A DNA stretch of 63,888 nt, filler included, from Corallochytrium limacisporum Hawaii (GCA_002811645.1; 7 parts of 7 records of this genome joined end to end with filler, not necessarily neighbours in it), one strand, 5' to 3'. Counted from the whole stretch's first letter, positions 21,558 to 33,014 are shown. Numbers and translations: made by a program. The notes: generated by a model not told the origin, from the letters alone.

Positions 21558-24500
21558 ATGCCGGTGCCTTTGGGAATTGTAACCAACAGACGCTTAGATC
21601 CGTTAGATGACCCTGATTTCTTTGTTCCCGGGGATGGCTGGAACGCAGACAGTCAATACAAAGTTGATTCTTCACTGGAGCCAACAGGGGAATCATGGGT
21701 TGATGATTGTGATGACGATAAAGGTCATGATTATGAAGAGGAGGAGCAGCTGGTTGAAGAATGTGAGAGTGGGATACTTGGCACCACGCTGGAGAGTATA
21801 GAACCCGACAACACCAAAGAGAAGACCGCGGCGGACATGCAACAAAAATTAAAGATGGCCCGTGGACGGGTGGCTAACCAAGGCGTACCACTTGCCAACA
21901 TTAGCGATACGTGGATGGAAGCTGACCATCTTGCTAAATTACCAAGGGAAGGATACCAATCGTTGGAATCTGCGTCTCCGGCCGCGCTTCTGCTACACAT
22001 GCTTCGTAGTTTACGGATGAAGGAGGCTGGCGGCAGCAAGGAACGGCCGGCGGCCCTGGGCCCCATTCTGCACAACGAGATGGCACAGAAAGGAAGCAGT
22101 GACTTCGATAGCTATCAACAACGATCGTGTCACTTTCGCTTGTCTCACGCTACCCACACGCTCGCCATGGCCAGTCTAATCCAACACCACAATGAACTAC
22201 AGCACTCCAGGGAATACACCATGTCCCAGGATGGCAACGGCTTCGATGTCATAGAGAGTGTCAGTATGCAGCTGATTTGTCTTGGTCATACGGCGCATGG
22301 TACTGCTGTCAGTGAACTGGGCAACCGTCTGCGACAGCAGAGCAGCGCGTGTTCGACCGTACGGAGTCACAATATAGATCACGTGCTGCGCCTCCTGGCC
22401 TCGTTGACCGATCTAAGCTGTTTTGTACAGGACACGGTGCGGAAGAACAAAACACACGCAGTACAGGACCAATTGCCGAGACTGGGCTCTCTGGCCTTGC
22501 GTGTCCTCCGGGACAATAACTTTCCTGAAACTGCCGTGCCCCGGTCCACGCGTGACCTCGTTCGACATCGGAAGGCACCACTGAAATCGCTAGATGCAAG
22601 TGGCAACATTGTTGAGAGCTGGAAGAAACGACAGAGTAGAGAGGATACGCAACGCATTATGTTGGAGGGTCAGGCCATGCTTCCAAAAGCACTAGTGCCT
22701 CCGGTGAAGTCCATGGCAATTTACGCCAGTCTGAGAGCGGAGGACGAGCAACGGGCAACGGATGGCACCACCGCAGAAAGGACCGAGAATACTGTCAAAC
22801 CAACAGGGACGGGAGACGCACAGGCTACGCTGGATGAAGACGAGGATTGGATTGCTTCACCACAGAGGCATGAGCAACGATACGGATACCACAACGATCT
22901 CACCCCGCTGCTGTCCGAGACCGGCGCAGAGATTCAAAATGCCTTCTTGGAGAACCACGTCCCGGTCAGGGACGAGCTCGTTTGCCTACGCAGTCTCACG
23001 GGACTGCCAACAAGGTCACAATCAGGATTATTTGACATGCGACAGGTCGCGTGTGAGTTGCTGAGGGCCATGCTTGGCATGAAATCAGGCGTGGTTGACG
23101 TCAAACGCATGTACGACTGTGCCGTTTTGGATGGCAAGGTCAACCAGGGCGACATGATCCATCACTTCCCGCACCATCGCCTCTGGTGCCTCCATGCACA
23201 GGCCAATAGCAACGTTCGCTTCTCCAGGGCTTCGTTGACAGCATCTCAGATCTACCTCACCGATGTGACAAAGGGTGCCGGTGCCCTGTCCAAACTGCGT
23301 CTCCTCATCCTCGAGACGGCACAAAGGATTCACCGTTCTTCGGTGGCATCGCATTTTTGTCACATGGAAAATTCCGTAGTCGAGCCGACTGACAAATATG
23401 TTGGAAAGCGGTACATTTACACTCACATTCTGCAGCCCGTAGTGCTCACACTTTGTCATGCGCTCAAATCCGGGTACCTCGACCCCCTGGAGATCTCCTT
23501 GGGACGCGTACTGCGGTCAATGATTGTTACGGACAGTGGCAGCGGTGCCACGGGGCAGGCGAATCCACCTCCGTCCGCCGCAGCCGTTCTACAAGTGGTT
23601 TCCCGTGTCTCGGAGACGGCAATCGGTGTGACTGACTTTGCATCGGTTGTGATTGAGCGTTTCGAACGCGCCACTGATCATCTGAGCGCCTGCACTGTCA
23701 GAGATCTGGCTTGTGTGCTTGCCGACATGCAGCAGATCACTGCGTGGTGTGAGGACCGACCCGGTTGGGCCATCGTGAAGCAGGCCTTTGTAACAGCCAT
23801 GCGACTGTACCTTAGACACCTGCACGCGTGGTTGGGCGGTGACGCCACGAGCATAATTTCACACGTCCCTGATACGGCCATGAAAATGACCATCGACGAG
23901 CTCGGAGATTTTCATAGCACGGTGATGGGCGCTATTGAAATGGCATCGGAAGGTGCGTTGATGCCAGACAAGGACAGGGAAGACAGTGGCCATGGAGAAC
24001 AGCGGCCAAAGACAGAGACGGGAGTGGAGAACAGTCTTAACACCAAGAACTTCCTCAAAGTCTGTAGCAAGGAACTAGCGGAAGCGTCTGCTATCCTTCG
24101 CGAGGCGAACATTGACCATTATTTCCTTCAGGTTTTTCAGTCCTCTCAAGCTCAATCGTCAGCAGCTGCCAATGGAATTAAGTATGACAACGCTGACCAA
24201 TCCATATTCACCGTTAAGGAGACGGCCATACCTAGCCTGTCCCTGACCCTCTGCATGACGTACGGGCAAGTGAAGAAGCAAAAGGCACAGCTCGACTTTC
24301 AGCGGGCCCTTATCACCCGCTCTCGCCGCAACACGCTGCGTGCACTCTTCGATTCCCGTGCACTGGCCGAGCAGAGTCTGGTGCTGCTCATCACGGAACA
24401 CATTGCTGCATTTCGCGCTGAAGAAGCACGTCAGATCCAGCGCAGAGAAGAAGTCGAGACTGAGTACCACACCATGCGCCGACAGCAGCTACGTGTGCTC

Positions 24501-27245
24501 AAGGAGCAAGCGGAGGAGGCTGCACAACGGCGCCGGGATGAGCGAAAGGCCGTACTGAGAGAGGACGCGGAACGCGCGACCTGGAGCCAACGGTTGCAAA
24601 CGCTGAAGGCAGGAGCAATAAGCGCCGGCAAGGAGACAAGTGCCACGGCCCTTCTCTTTAACATGCCGACCACTGAAGAAGTGGAAGCGGAGCTACAGAC
24701 GGCTACCGCAGAACTGCAGAAGGAATACGACATAATGATGCGTTCCGTAAGACTGCGTCAGCAACGAGCGGAATGGCGGATGGAGCGCACGAAAGTCGAC
24801 GCAGAGCACCGCGAGCTGCTCAGGGCCCTACAGACAGAAGCATACTGGCGTGAGCTGTACGCAAGGGAACCGGAGATGGAGCCAATCGGGTCGGTGCCAT
24901 TGACACTCCCGTTGACTAGCCTTGTTCAGGCCGATGAGCATGCGGACAAAAAATTTACGGTTGAGCGCAGAGAAGTCACAGATGAAGCTGGAGAAGGCTC
25001 GAAACACGACCACAATGACGAAACGAACAAGGACATGAACTCCCAAGTGAACACTGGAGAAGTGGCTTCAAAGAATTTTGACACAGTAGCATCCTTGCTA
25101 CCAACAATCGACAAGGAAACAAACGCTGCACCGCGGGAAGTTGTGATAGAACCAGTCACCCGAGTCCTAAGCGCTCGACCGACTTCTAACACAACAGTAC
25201 GGATCTTCCCGGAGCGGTCTAACGGTGCCAAAGGAGAGACTGCTGCCGACTCTCGTGGTCCGTCTACTGCTGTTCAAGCAGCTGTAGGTTCCAGCGGTCT
25301 GATCGCAGCGGCGGTGGAAGACGTGCAGACCCCATTTGCACCCCCTCGGTCAGGGACGGAAAGAGAAGTTGAAGGCACGAATGAAGCAGTGTCTGCAGAT
25401 GAAGCGGACTCAAAGCTTCCGGTCCTGCCTGATCCGGAGGCAGGTTATGCGGCATGCTTTATGCGACAAGATGACGAAGATACTATGCAGCGGAACAAGC
25501 AGTCCAGCACAGGAACAGAACCTCACGCTGCAGCCCCGGCCACTGATTTGACAGCCATGCCTCTTGCCGTTGCAGTCCGCCGTGGCATTATTGAACCGAT
25601 CGCTTTGTGCCGCGACGAGGCTCTGCGGGCTGTCTACGACCTCCTCGTCTGGGACCAGCAGCTTCAGCGCCACCTGGCTATGGTCCGTGCGACCGTGCTG
25701 CTCCAGGATCCAAAATACGCGCAACAGCTCCTCATTGACGGACTACTTGATCATCTTGTTTCTCGCCAAGAGCCGTTCGTACAGAACCTTCCTGTCGATG
25801 GTACTGAGACCGCGGCCATGCCCACCATCGGTCTGTTCGCCCGCACGCGTGCCACGCGCGAGGCATTTCACGCGATGAGTCTGCTCCTGGATCCTGCGCG
25901 GCTCCGAGCCCTGTCTGATGCGGCTGCTGATGCTTGCAGATCGTCGACTCTGGGATTGGATCTCATGCGGGACGTGGTTAAGCAGTCTACCGATGGAGTA
26001 GAATCGCAGGTAAAGGAGGCCAATCACGGGAGTACAGAAAGGATGGGTTTGGAAGTCAGCAACAGTGGTCACTCCCATTCTGCAGCTATGGACAGTGGAG
26101 AGTGGGACGCGAAAAGCAAGCTAACCACTCTCATAAATCATAGCACGCCAATGGACTACCACGACATCGTCCTGCAGTTTGACGCGCCTGGAAGCCGGAG
26201 CAACTCAGACACCGAACGTTCTTTGTCCATCTCCAGCTTTGCCGAGCAGAGCTATCACCCGGCCTTCCGTGCCATACTGCATTGCCGCCTCCGTCCGACT
26301 ACCCTGCCACCCTGGCCTCAACAGGCCCTTGTCCTCGACTCCGGGGCAATGCGCGCATACTCCGACTGCGGTAGTTTTGTCACCGCTGTGCGCAGCGGGC
26401 AGTGGTCGGTAACACAGGCCTGCCGAGAAGCCGGCAGGGCGGAGGCGATGCTTCGGAAATGGCAGCGCCAACGGGCTGGTTCGGACTTGACTGTGGATCT
26501 TTCAGTGTTTCGCCTGCTCCATCTCCTCCGCGGTAAACTAAGCAACTTTGCTGTTTCTTTGCTCGATTACGTGACCGTAGATGTACTCGCGGTCGCAGAA
26601 CGGGAGCTGGATCTGTCTTGCTTCAATACTGTTACTTCGTCTGGGGAGAAGGCGAAAACCTTGCAGCGAGTAATGCGACGAGGCCACCTTGGACTCCGCG
26701 CACAGCACGAAGCTTACCTTCGGTCACTACAAGATGGTCTATTTATGCCCACCACTATGTCCAATGAAGGCACAGACAAGGACGGGGCCAGGGAAGCTAC
26801 GCGACAGGAAACCGTCGGAAACCAAGGCCGCGTGCATGACCTGCTCTGCCGCCTACTGGACTCTTGCTTCCACCTTCATGACCTTACTCGAGCGATAGGG
26901 CGCAAGGTGGAAAACTTCATTTACCCGTCGCCAGACGGAGACGATGAAGATAACGGTTCCTTAGAGTTCTTGGATTTCGTGTCCGAGCATCGCACTGCCC
27001 GGTTTCTTCAAGCGCAGGTAGCACACGCAGTCGGTGAGCTCCTGCCCCTCTTACCACACGCAGAGACGGATCTCGCGCCTGAGTACTACCGCAGCGGTCT
27101 CGCGCTGAGGCTCGAGTACAACGGCTTCTATACCGGACAGTCACTGCGGGGTCCGGAAACGTTGGCCGTGACAATGGACCAGCAGCAAAAGGAGCAAAAG
27201 TCCTCATCGTCAGACCAATCAAACTTGTACACACAACACCGGTAA
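21558..27245 (+). CDS. TUBGCP6: Gamma-tubulin complex component, GCP6-like (divergent)
   Basis: 1895 aa. C-terminal GRIP2 motifs: LQRHLAMVRATVLL, PPWP..LVL...AY, LRAQHEAYLRSLQDGLF, LALRLEYNGFY. Large central coiled-coil/low-complexity insertion as in GCP6. Confidence 0.7.
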   Translation: MPVPLGIVTNRRLDPLDDPDFFVPGDGWNADSQYKVDSSLEPTGESWVDDCDDDKGHDYEEEEQLVEECESGILGTTLESIEPDNTKEKTAADMQQKLKMARGRVANQGVPLANISDTWMEADHLAKLPREGYQSLESASPAALLLHMLRSLRMKEAGGSKERPAALGPILHNEMAQKGSSDFDSYQQRSCHFRLSHATHTLAMASLIQHHNELQHSREYTMSQDGNGFDVIESVSMQLICLGHTAHGTAVSELGNRLRQQSSACSTVRSHNIDHVLRLLASLTDLSCFVQDTVRKNKTHAVQDQLPRLGSLALRVLRDNNFPETAVPRSTRDLVRHRKAPLKSLDASGNIVESWKKRQSREDTQRIMLEGQAMLPKALVPPVKSMAIYASLRAEDEQRATDGTTAERTENTVKPTGTGDAQATLDEDEDWIASPQRHEQRYGYHNDLTPLLSETGAEIQNAFLENHVPVRDELVCLRSLTGLPTRSQSGLFDMRQVACELLRAMLGMKSGVVDVKRMYDCAVLDGKVNQGDMIHHFPHHRLWCLHAQANSNVRFSRASLTASQIYLTDVTKGAGALSKLRLLILETAQRIHRSSVASHFCHMENSVVEPTDKYVGKRYIYTHILQPVVLTLCHALKSGYLDPLEISLGRVLRSMIVTDSGSGATGQANPPPSAAAVLQVVSRVSETAIGVTDFASVVIERFERATDHLSACTVRDLACVLADMQQITAWCEDRPGWAIVKQAFVTAMRLYLRHLHAWLGGDATSIISHVPDTAMKMTIDELGDFHSTVMGAIEMASEGALMPDKDREDSGHGEQRPKTETGVENSLNTKNFLKVCSKELAEASAILREANIDHYFLQVFQSSQAQSSAAANGIKYDNADQSIFTVKETAIPSLSLTLCMTYGQVKKQKAQLDFQRALITRSRRNTLRALFDSRALAEQSLVLLITEHIAAFRAEEARQIQRREEVETEYHTMRRQQLRVLKEQAEEAAQRRRDERKAVLREDAERATWSQRLQTLKAGAISAGKETSATALLFNMPTTEEVEAELQTATAELQKEYDIMMRSVRLRQQRAEWRMERTKVDAEHRELLRALQTEAYWRELYAREPEMEPIGSVPLTLPLTSLVQADEHADKKFTVERREVTDEAGEGSKHDHNDETNKDMNSQVNTGEVASKNFDTVASLLPTIDKETNAAPREVVIEPVTRVLSARPTSNTTVRIFPERSNGAKGETAADSRGPSTAVQAAVGSSGLIAAAVEDVQTPFAPPRSGTEREVEGTNEAVSADEADSKLPVLPDPEAGYAACFMRQDDEDTMQRNKQSSTGTEPHAAAPATDLTAMPLAVAVRRGIIEPIALCRDEALRAVYDLLVWDQQLQRHLAMVRATVLLQDPKYAQQLLIDGLLDHLVSRQEPFVQNLPVDGTETAAMPTIGLFARTRATREAFHAMSLLLDPARLRALSDAAADACRSSTLGLDLMRDVVKQSTDGVESQVKEANHGSTERMGLEVSNSGHSHSAAMDSGEWDAKSKLTTLINHSTPMDYHDIVLQFDAPGSRSNSDTERSLSISSFAEQSYHPAFRAILHCRLRPTTLPPWPQQALVLDSGAMRAYSDCGSFVTAVRSGQWSVTQACREAGRAEAMLRKWQRQRAGSDLTVDLSVFRLLHLLRGKLSNFAVSLLDYVTVDVLAVAERELDLSCFNTVTSSGEKAKTLQRVMRRGHLGLRAQHEAYLRSLQDGLFMPTTMSNEGTDKDGAREATRQETVGNQGRVHDLLCRLLDSCFHLHDLTRAIGRKVENFIYPSPDGDDEDNGSLEFLDFVSEHRTARFLQAQVAHAVGELLPLLPHAETDLAPEYYRSGLALRLEYNGFYTGQSLRGPETLAVTMDQQQKEQKSSSSDQSNLYTQHR

Positions 27246-27329
27246 GACTGGTTCAATCCAACTGATACCGCTTGATCATAAAACTATTTGAATGTTCTCT
27301 ATGTAAGCTGTTTTTGCCAGTGTCCATGG

Positions 27330-30281
27330 TTAGGCCTTCTTGCGATTACGAGTCGAGCGACGCACTTGACGCTCTTCCTTTGCCTCCTCCAAAGGCTCTG
27401 CAGGTACAGCTTCAGCTGGAATGTCGACAGCATCCGTTTCCTGCGCCTTGGACTTGGGCTTGGGCCTCCCTTTGCTCTTGCTTTTGGATGAGGATTTCGA
27501 AGCTTTCGACTTCTTGGCTTTCTTGGTCGGCGGCGAGGCTGGTGCTTCCTCGTTCTTCACTTGGTCGTCCGCTGGCTTTTCCTTGTCATCATCAACACTG
27601 GGTTCACCGTAATTGTCGGTGACGCTGGTTCGTTCAGGGTCCTGCATGTGTTCATCGTTTTCCTCCTCGCGCTTCCCTTCCTCACCATCATTGCTCCCGC
27701 CCTGTTTGTGGTTCTCTGCATCGCCTCCAACGTCAGTGTCACCATTGTCCAGGGACTCAATAGTCAAATGGTACGGAAACTGGGCACAGATTTGTTCTGC
27801 CGCACCCGAGTCCGTCGCATGTAGCAGGGCATGGATCATGCCATCGTCGTCGGTAACTGCAGCCGTGTACCCCAGCTTGAGGGTGCCGGTAAACCGCGGG
27901 CTCAGATCCACGTGCTGGTACTCCATGATGAACTCGGTGGCCTGCGCCACCGTGCTGAAGACCAGCAGCGCACTAACGTAGTCACGTCCAACGGACTGGG
28001 GTACGACCGCCGGGCAAGTGTCCTGACCATACCAAAAGACAGCCTCTGGCTGTTCGACTCTGGGCTCATCCTGTAAGCGACTGCTATCATTGTGCGAAGA
28101 GTGATGTTGGTCGTGGTGACGGAAGGCGTTGCTGCGGTTGAACTTGATACGATCCCTGATCTGGTGCGCGTACTCAACAAACGCACTCCTGAGTCTTTCC
28201 GTCCTGACTGCGGAACTTTCATCGTTGTCCTCCTTGACCACGGCAATGTTTGTGGCTAGAACAAAGCGCGACGGTGGAAGACAATCCTGGGTCCGCGTTG
28301 GCGGCAAAGGCAGCTGCGACGCGGGTAGGAGCGCCCGGACCCGCTCGTCACCACGCGAAAAATGGGCACCCTGTAGTCCACCATTCTGCGCGTTACCAAC
28401 ATTCACGAAGGTCGCGGAGCCACCGGACTTCTCACGTTTCTGTCCCGCGACGAGGAAGTCTTCAGCAGCTCCCGTGCCACGAGGGGTGCGGTAGACCTTG
28501 GTGCCGATATCGATGCGCGAGTACTTGGAGTAGCCAGCAAAGATTCTACTTTGTCTGAGGGGACAGCCGTCAAAGACCTGTTTGGCCACGGATGCCTGCA
28601 GAACGTTCTCAAACTGCACCATAGCCATACCCTTAGGTTTGTTGACCATGCAGTTGATCTTGACAACGTTGCCGGCCTGACACAGCAAATGCTGGATCAG
28701 TGTGGGTTCGGTCAAAGGCTTTGGCAGATCGGTGAGTAGAAGCACACACGTGGCTCTGGGGTCTGTGACAGTTCCACTGCCACTGCCACTGCGGTCCGAG
28801 CGGTCGGTCAGGGCCGGGCGACTGCGACTACGTGGGCTGAGACTGCGACTGCGGCTGCGACTACGTGGACTCCTACTGCGACTGCAACTGCGACTGTAGC
28901 TTCGGCTCTGACTAGGACTACGACTTCGCCGTTCGCTGAAGCGCCCCCGGCGACGGTCACGAGGGGAAGGCGAGCGAGAACGCGAGTAACGGCGATGTGA
29001 ATCCCGGCGATCCTTGCCGTGACTGGCGACACTATCTCTGCGGTGTGCGGCAGTGTCGCGCTCTTCGCCCATACGCACGGACACTTTGACGTACGGCCCC
29101 TCCTTTTCCGGATCTCGCGTGTAGTCCCAGGAATCTTCATTGTTGGCGCGGACGGACAGCGTCTTGGTCTGCGAATATTCCACACGTAGACTGCACGCAC
29201 CGTCATAAATGTCTTGGGCGTGTAGGGCCTCAGCAGCCTTGCCAGCTGATTCCACATTTTCAAACTCGACGAGGACTCTCGTCTGCTGACCGGGCACCGT
29301 GACAATGCGGTTCACAGTGCCGTACGGAGAGCAAATGGTCTTGACCGCATCAATGGTAATGACGTAGAGTTCGTTGAAGATGGTCAGGCAGAGAGTGTTC
29401 GACGGTCGCTGCTTGGTATAGTTGAGCATGTCTTGAATGCGCGCCTTTCCGAGCGTGACGTGGTTGCTTAGCTGGACCCGCAGCTGCCTACCGGCCAGAG
29501 ACAAGGCCCAATCACCGCGCAAATTTGCGACTTTACGTGCCACGGCCGGTGAATCCATCTGCAGGAGCATTGTGCTACGATCCTTTTTCACGCCACTCAG
29601 GTACACGACCTTGCCATATTGGGCGAGCAGTTTGACCACGTGTGGGGGTCTAACGTCTTCGGGAAGGTTGCTGATGTGGAGCACGCAACTATCCGAGGAT
29701 GGTGAGGATTGAGAGGGGTCACTGCTGCCGAATCGGCTACGATTGTTCTGACTGTAGCTGCCACGACCACTGCGGCTGTTGTGAGCATTATACGACGTCG
29801 AGGACTGGGAGCTTTGATAGCGTTGGTGAGCGGCGGGCGCATCATGTCCACCAGGGCCGACAGGAGCATCAGGACGACCAGGCATACCTGGTACAAGTGT
29901 CGCTGCTGAGGGTACTGGTGATACGGATGAGGACTGCGTTGACGGCATACCGTTGGGATAGAAATAGTGCATTAGATGTGGTGGAATCATTTCCGGCGGC
30001 GGGAGCTGTGACGGAGGTTGTGGCGGCGGCGGCGCTGTTGTCGCAGGAGCTACCTGTGTGTTGGACTGCGGTGCATAATACGAGGGAGTCTGGTGAGACG
30101 GCTGCTGCTGGTACGTGTGACTCATGCCAGGGTTATGGGGATCGTAAGGCGCATTGCTGTGCCCCTGGTCATGGCTCCCGCGTCCGTATCCGCCGTGGGA
30201 GCCGTGCTGGGAGCTGTGTTGGTGTTTGCTCTGATAATTGCTACGACGACCTGCACGGTCCCTGTTGTTGTTAGTGTACAT
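27330..30281 (-). CDS. hnRNP L / PTB-family multi-RRM RNA-binding protein with RS-repeat insert
   Basis: RRM2 NTLCLTIFNELYVITIDAVKTICSPYGTVNRIV...LHAQDIYDGACSLRVEYS...DSWDYT is characteristic of hnRNP L; further RRMs (VLHISNLP; KGMAMVQF); RS tract at 28815-28998; Lys-rich tail. Confidence 0.85.
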   Translation of the reverse strand: MYTNNNRDRAGRRSNYQSKHQHSSQHGSHGGYGRGSHDQGHSNAPYDPHNPGMSHTYQQQPSHQTPSYYAPQSNTQVAPATTAPPPPQPPSQLPPPEMIPPHLMHYFYPNGMPSTQSSSVSPVPSAATLVPGMPGRPDAPVGPGGHDAPAAHQRYQSSQSSTSYNAHNSRSGRGSYSQNNRSRFGSSDPSQSSPSSDSCVLHISNLPEDVRPPHVVKLLAQYGKVVYLSGVKKDRSTMLLQMDSPAVARKVANLRGDWALSLAGRQLRVQLSNHVTLGKARIQDMLNYTKQRPSNTLCLTIFNELYVITIDAVKTICSPYGTVNRIVTVPGQQTRVLVEFENVESAGKAAEALHAQDIYDGACSLRVEYSQTKTLSVRANNEDSWDYTRDPEKEGPYVKVSVRMGEERDTAAHRRDSVASHGKDRRDSHRRYSRSRSPSPRDRRRGRFSERRSRSPSQSRSYSRSCSRSRSPRSRSRSRSLSPRSRSRPALTDRSDRSGSGSGTVTDPRATCVLLLTDLPKPLTEPTLIQHLLCQAGNVVKINCMVNKPKGMAMVQFENVLQASVAKQVFDGCPLRQSRIFAGYSKYSRIDIGTKVYRTPRGTGAAEDFLVAGQKREKSGGSATFVNVGNAQNGGLQGAHFSRGDERVRALLPASQLPLPPTRTQDCLPPSRFVLATNIAVVKEDNDESSAVRTERLRSAFVEYAHQIRDRIKFNRSNAFRHHDQHHSSHNDSSRLQDEPRVEQPEAVFWYGQDTCPAVVPQSVGRDYVSALLVFSTVAQATEFIMEYQHVDLSPRFTGTLKLGYTAAVTDDDGMIHALLHATDSGAAEQICAQFPYHLTIESLDNGDTDVGGDAENHKQGGSNDGEEGKREEENDEHMQDPERTSVTDNYGEPSVDDDKEKPADDQVKNEEAPASPPTKKAKKSKASKSSSKSKSKGRPKPKSKAQETDAVDIPAEAVPAEPLEEAKEERQVRRSTRNRKKA

Positions 30282-31956
30282 GAGTAATGAGTTTTACTAA
30301 TTCTCTACCCGCTTTGGACTGTGATTAAGTTGAGCTGAGTGAGGAGAAGATGCGTGGCTGTCGACATTGCGAACAGGAGATAATTCGTAGAGAAGACCTT
30401 GTGGTTGGAACTATTCGTAATGAACGTAGTTTCCCTCAGAACCACATACCAAATACCCTACACTCACAGACACAAGGAAAGGAGAGAGATTCCTTCCCAA
30501 GCTTTAACGTCCCGGTGAGCGCTACAAACTCCTTCCTCTCCCTCCCCGACCGACCCCGCGGGTCCAGTGGCACCGCGCGGTGGCGCTCTTCTTTCATTGT
30601 GGCCTGCGAACATTTTTTGACCCAAGCGCCACCCCACAGATCAGAAAGCCACACACACACACACGCACACGCATACGCATACGCTCAGACAACACCCGCC
30701 AAGAAATTCTCCTATGGACAAAGGACCACACCGGCGCCCTCCCCTTTTGCCCCGGGGTTGGGTGGGTTTTGCCCTGATCGGGGGCCTAATTTAATCACAA
30801 TACCGCCTTTCTTCAAAAGCCGTCTCTCTGGAACGCACCGGAAATGAAAAAGAGCGGGGCAACCCCCAAAATATTCGACTTCTACCCAGTTATCGAAATC
30901 AGCAATCGTGTGCGGTTTTCAGATCCATATATTTTCATAGTTTGCTTCGTGCGAATCGAGAGCCCCTGCCCCTCGCCCCTCTTGCGGCGCTTCACGGGCA
31001 GTCCGGTTCCAATACTGCAGCCACGGAGACGAGTGGCTCTGATTCACACACGATTCCCCTGCCGCCCCGTGCGCTTAAACACCCACCGCCCCCGTCGCTT
31101 TATTTCTTTTGCCCGAAGGCCCCGGGGGATGCTTCCGTTCCTGTGTACCCTTAGGATCGCCATTTATCTGAAGGTCCGGTAGTCAAAGTACTGCGACCGA
31201 CCCGGTTGTGTCAGGAACGACAAGGAAAAAAAAACCCCCCCTTACCCCGGTGGTATTGTCTGCTTCCGCGCGTCCCTGTCCCGTCTCCCCGCCCCAACTT
31301 CTTTGCCAAGGCGCAGTCTTTTTTAGATGTAGGAGTGAGGGACTGAGCGTGGGGTACGGGAATCATTGGCTATGGAGATTGGTCCCGCTTCCTTCCCGCA
31401 GGGCTCCATAGTAAAACGCCGGCTGCACACACAACCCACACACACGCCGCACTTTAGAGGGCAGGGCGATCTACCCCTTCGTTGCGCAGAATGTTTCGTT
31501 TTGCTTTGCAATTTGTTGGTCACTTTCTTGGCAATTCTTGGCGTTTTCATCTTGTACATGACCCAGTGTCTATTTGTGTGAGCATTTTCGATGTCTTTGT
31601 GATATGCCAACAGGACTATCAAACCGTTCCCCTTGATGTCTGAGGCGGATTCGGGTATTTCAGAGATCTGGTAGGTCTGTTTTCCATCGTCCGTGTCAAC
31701 ATGTCACACTCTTTCTGAAGCTAGAAAGAGGGCCTGACAGACTACTCACACAGTTGTTCTCAGAAAGAAGTGTAAAGAGAGAAGAGCACAGGTCTGGCCT
31801 GCACGAAGCGTCGGAGGATGACCATGGATCTGGTAGAAGGAATCAGTTGACGGGTCTGTGAGCGACGGATCATCTGTGATCTTGTATGAAAACCATTTGA
31901 AACAAAACGATAAGTCAAACGCATCAGCATTGAAACGAAACAGATAAGACAAAACC

Positions 31957-32391
31957 ATGTCCGGTAGAGGAGACGTCAGACTGCAAGGTGTGGGAGTTAA
32001 GGGAGCGCCCCAGGTACCCGGAGGCAGCCAAAGCGACAATGTCCTTGCCAGGCGGTCCTCAGCTGCGAGCCTCGGTAAGGCATCTTCAGCAGAGCTGCGC
32101 AAAAGCAGTGGGCGGTTGGGGGACACTCGTCTGGGAGTCCAGAACAAGACTCTGGGCAAGGGATCTGGGTCCGTGCCAACTGCCCAGTTCAAGGTCTCGG
32201 CTGGTCCGGAGACGCTGGGCAAAGCCTCGCGCTACCGAAATATGGCCGAGAGCGTGGAAGAGCGAGAGAACCGTACCGTCATTGCTGGGCGAAAGGCACC
32301 CTCAGGTACTACAAAGTCACCGCCGACTTCTCCCACCGCTGAGAACCAAGGAGGATCGGTTACGATCGAAATGGACGCAGCTGGGAAGTGA
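31957..32391 (+). CDS. Hypothetical small, basic, disordered protein (144 aa)
   Basis: Start context AAAACC-ATG matches other genes here; G/S/R/K-rich; no recognisable domain. Confidence 0.45.
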   Translation: MSGRGDVRLQGVGVKGAPQVPGGSQSDNVLARRSSAASLGKASSAELRKSSGRLGDTRLGVQNKTLGKGSGSVPTAQFKVSAGPETLGKASRYRNMAESVEERENRTVIAGRKAPSGTTKSPPTSPTAENQGGSVTIEMDAAGK

Positions 32392-32744
32392 GACGGACTC
32401 ACTGCTATGCACATGTAAATAAGACAAACATGACCCAGGTTTCGCAGTCATGTACATAGACAACGCATGATTACCCAGTTGTAATGGAACAATCAAGTAT
32501 TAAGGACTAACTATAAAAGGTTTTATGTTTTATGACGGCCGTCGATTGACGGAAGGAATGTGATGCTTAACTATCTAGGGTGTGTGCGCGTGTATACAAA
32601 TGTGCTGATGGTCTGGCACACAAAGGCAAGCATGGTGCAGCTATTGTATACATGTGTGTGTGTGTGTGACCAAAAGGGCCCCGAACCTGCAGAGCCCCCA
32701 TCTGACATGGTCACCGAGATTGACTTACTTTGCCGCCAGGTTCT

Positions 32745-33014
32745 TCAGACGACAGTAACGTTATAGAGGTATGCTTCTCCGCTGAACGCGTAGTTGCTTT
32801 CAGATTTCATCAGGGCGTCACGGTGGGCCCGGCGACGACGGTATGCCAAGACGACAAAGATGAGTCCGATACACAGACCAATGACAACGATACCGGCGAT
32901 AATGGCAGCCTCAGTGGCTGGGTTGCCTGACAATTCCAGGCCTCTCACAGGCACAACGGCCCACAGTAGACATGACAGTACCAGGTTAAGGTAGTTTCCT
33001 TTTAAAGCAAGCAT
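32745..33014 (-). CDS. Type I membrane microprotein (signal peptide, tiny ectodomain, TM, Tyr-containing tail, PDZ-type C-terminus)
   Basis: 89 aa: hydrophobic leader ending VRG, then AAIIAGIVVIGLCIGLIFVVLAY followed by RRRR stop-transfer, ending -VTVV; start context ACC-ATG; TATTTAA box ~90 bp upstream. Confidence 0.65.
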   Translation of the reverse strand: MLALKGNYLNLVLSCLLWAVVPVRGLELSGNPATEAAIIAGIVVIGLCIGLIFVVLAYRRRRAHRDALMKSESNYAFSGEAYLYNVTVV

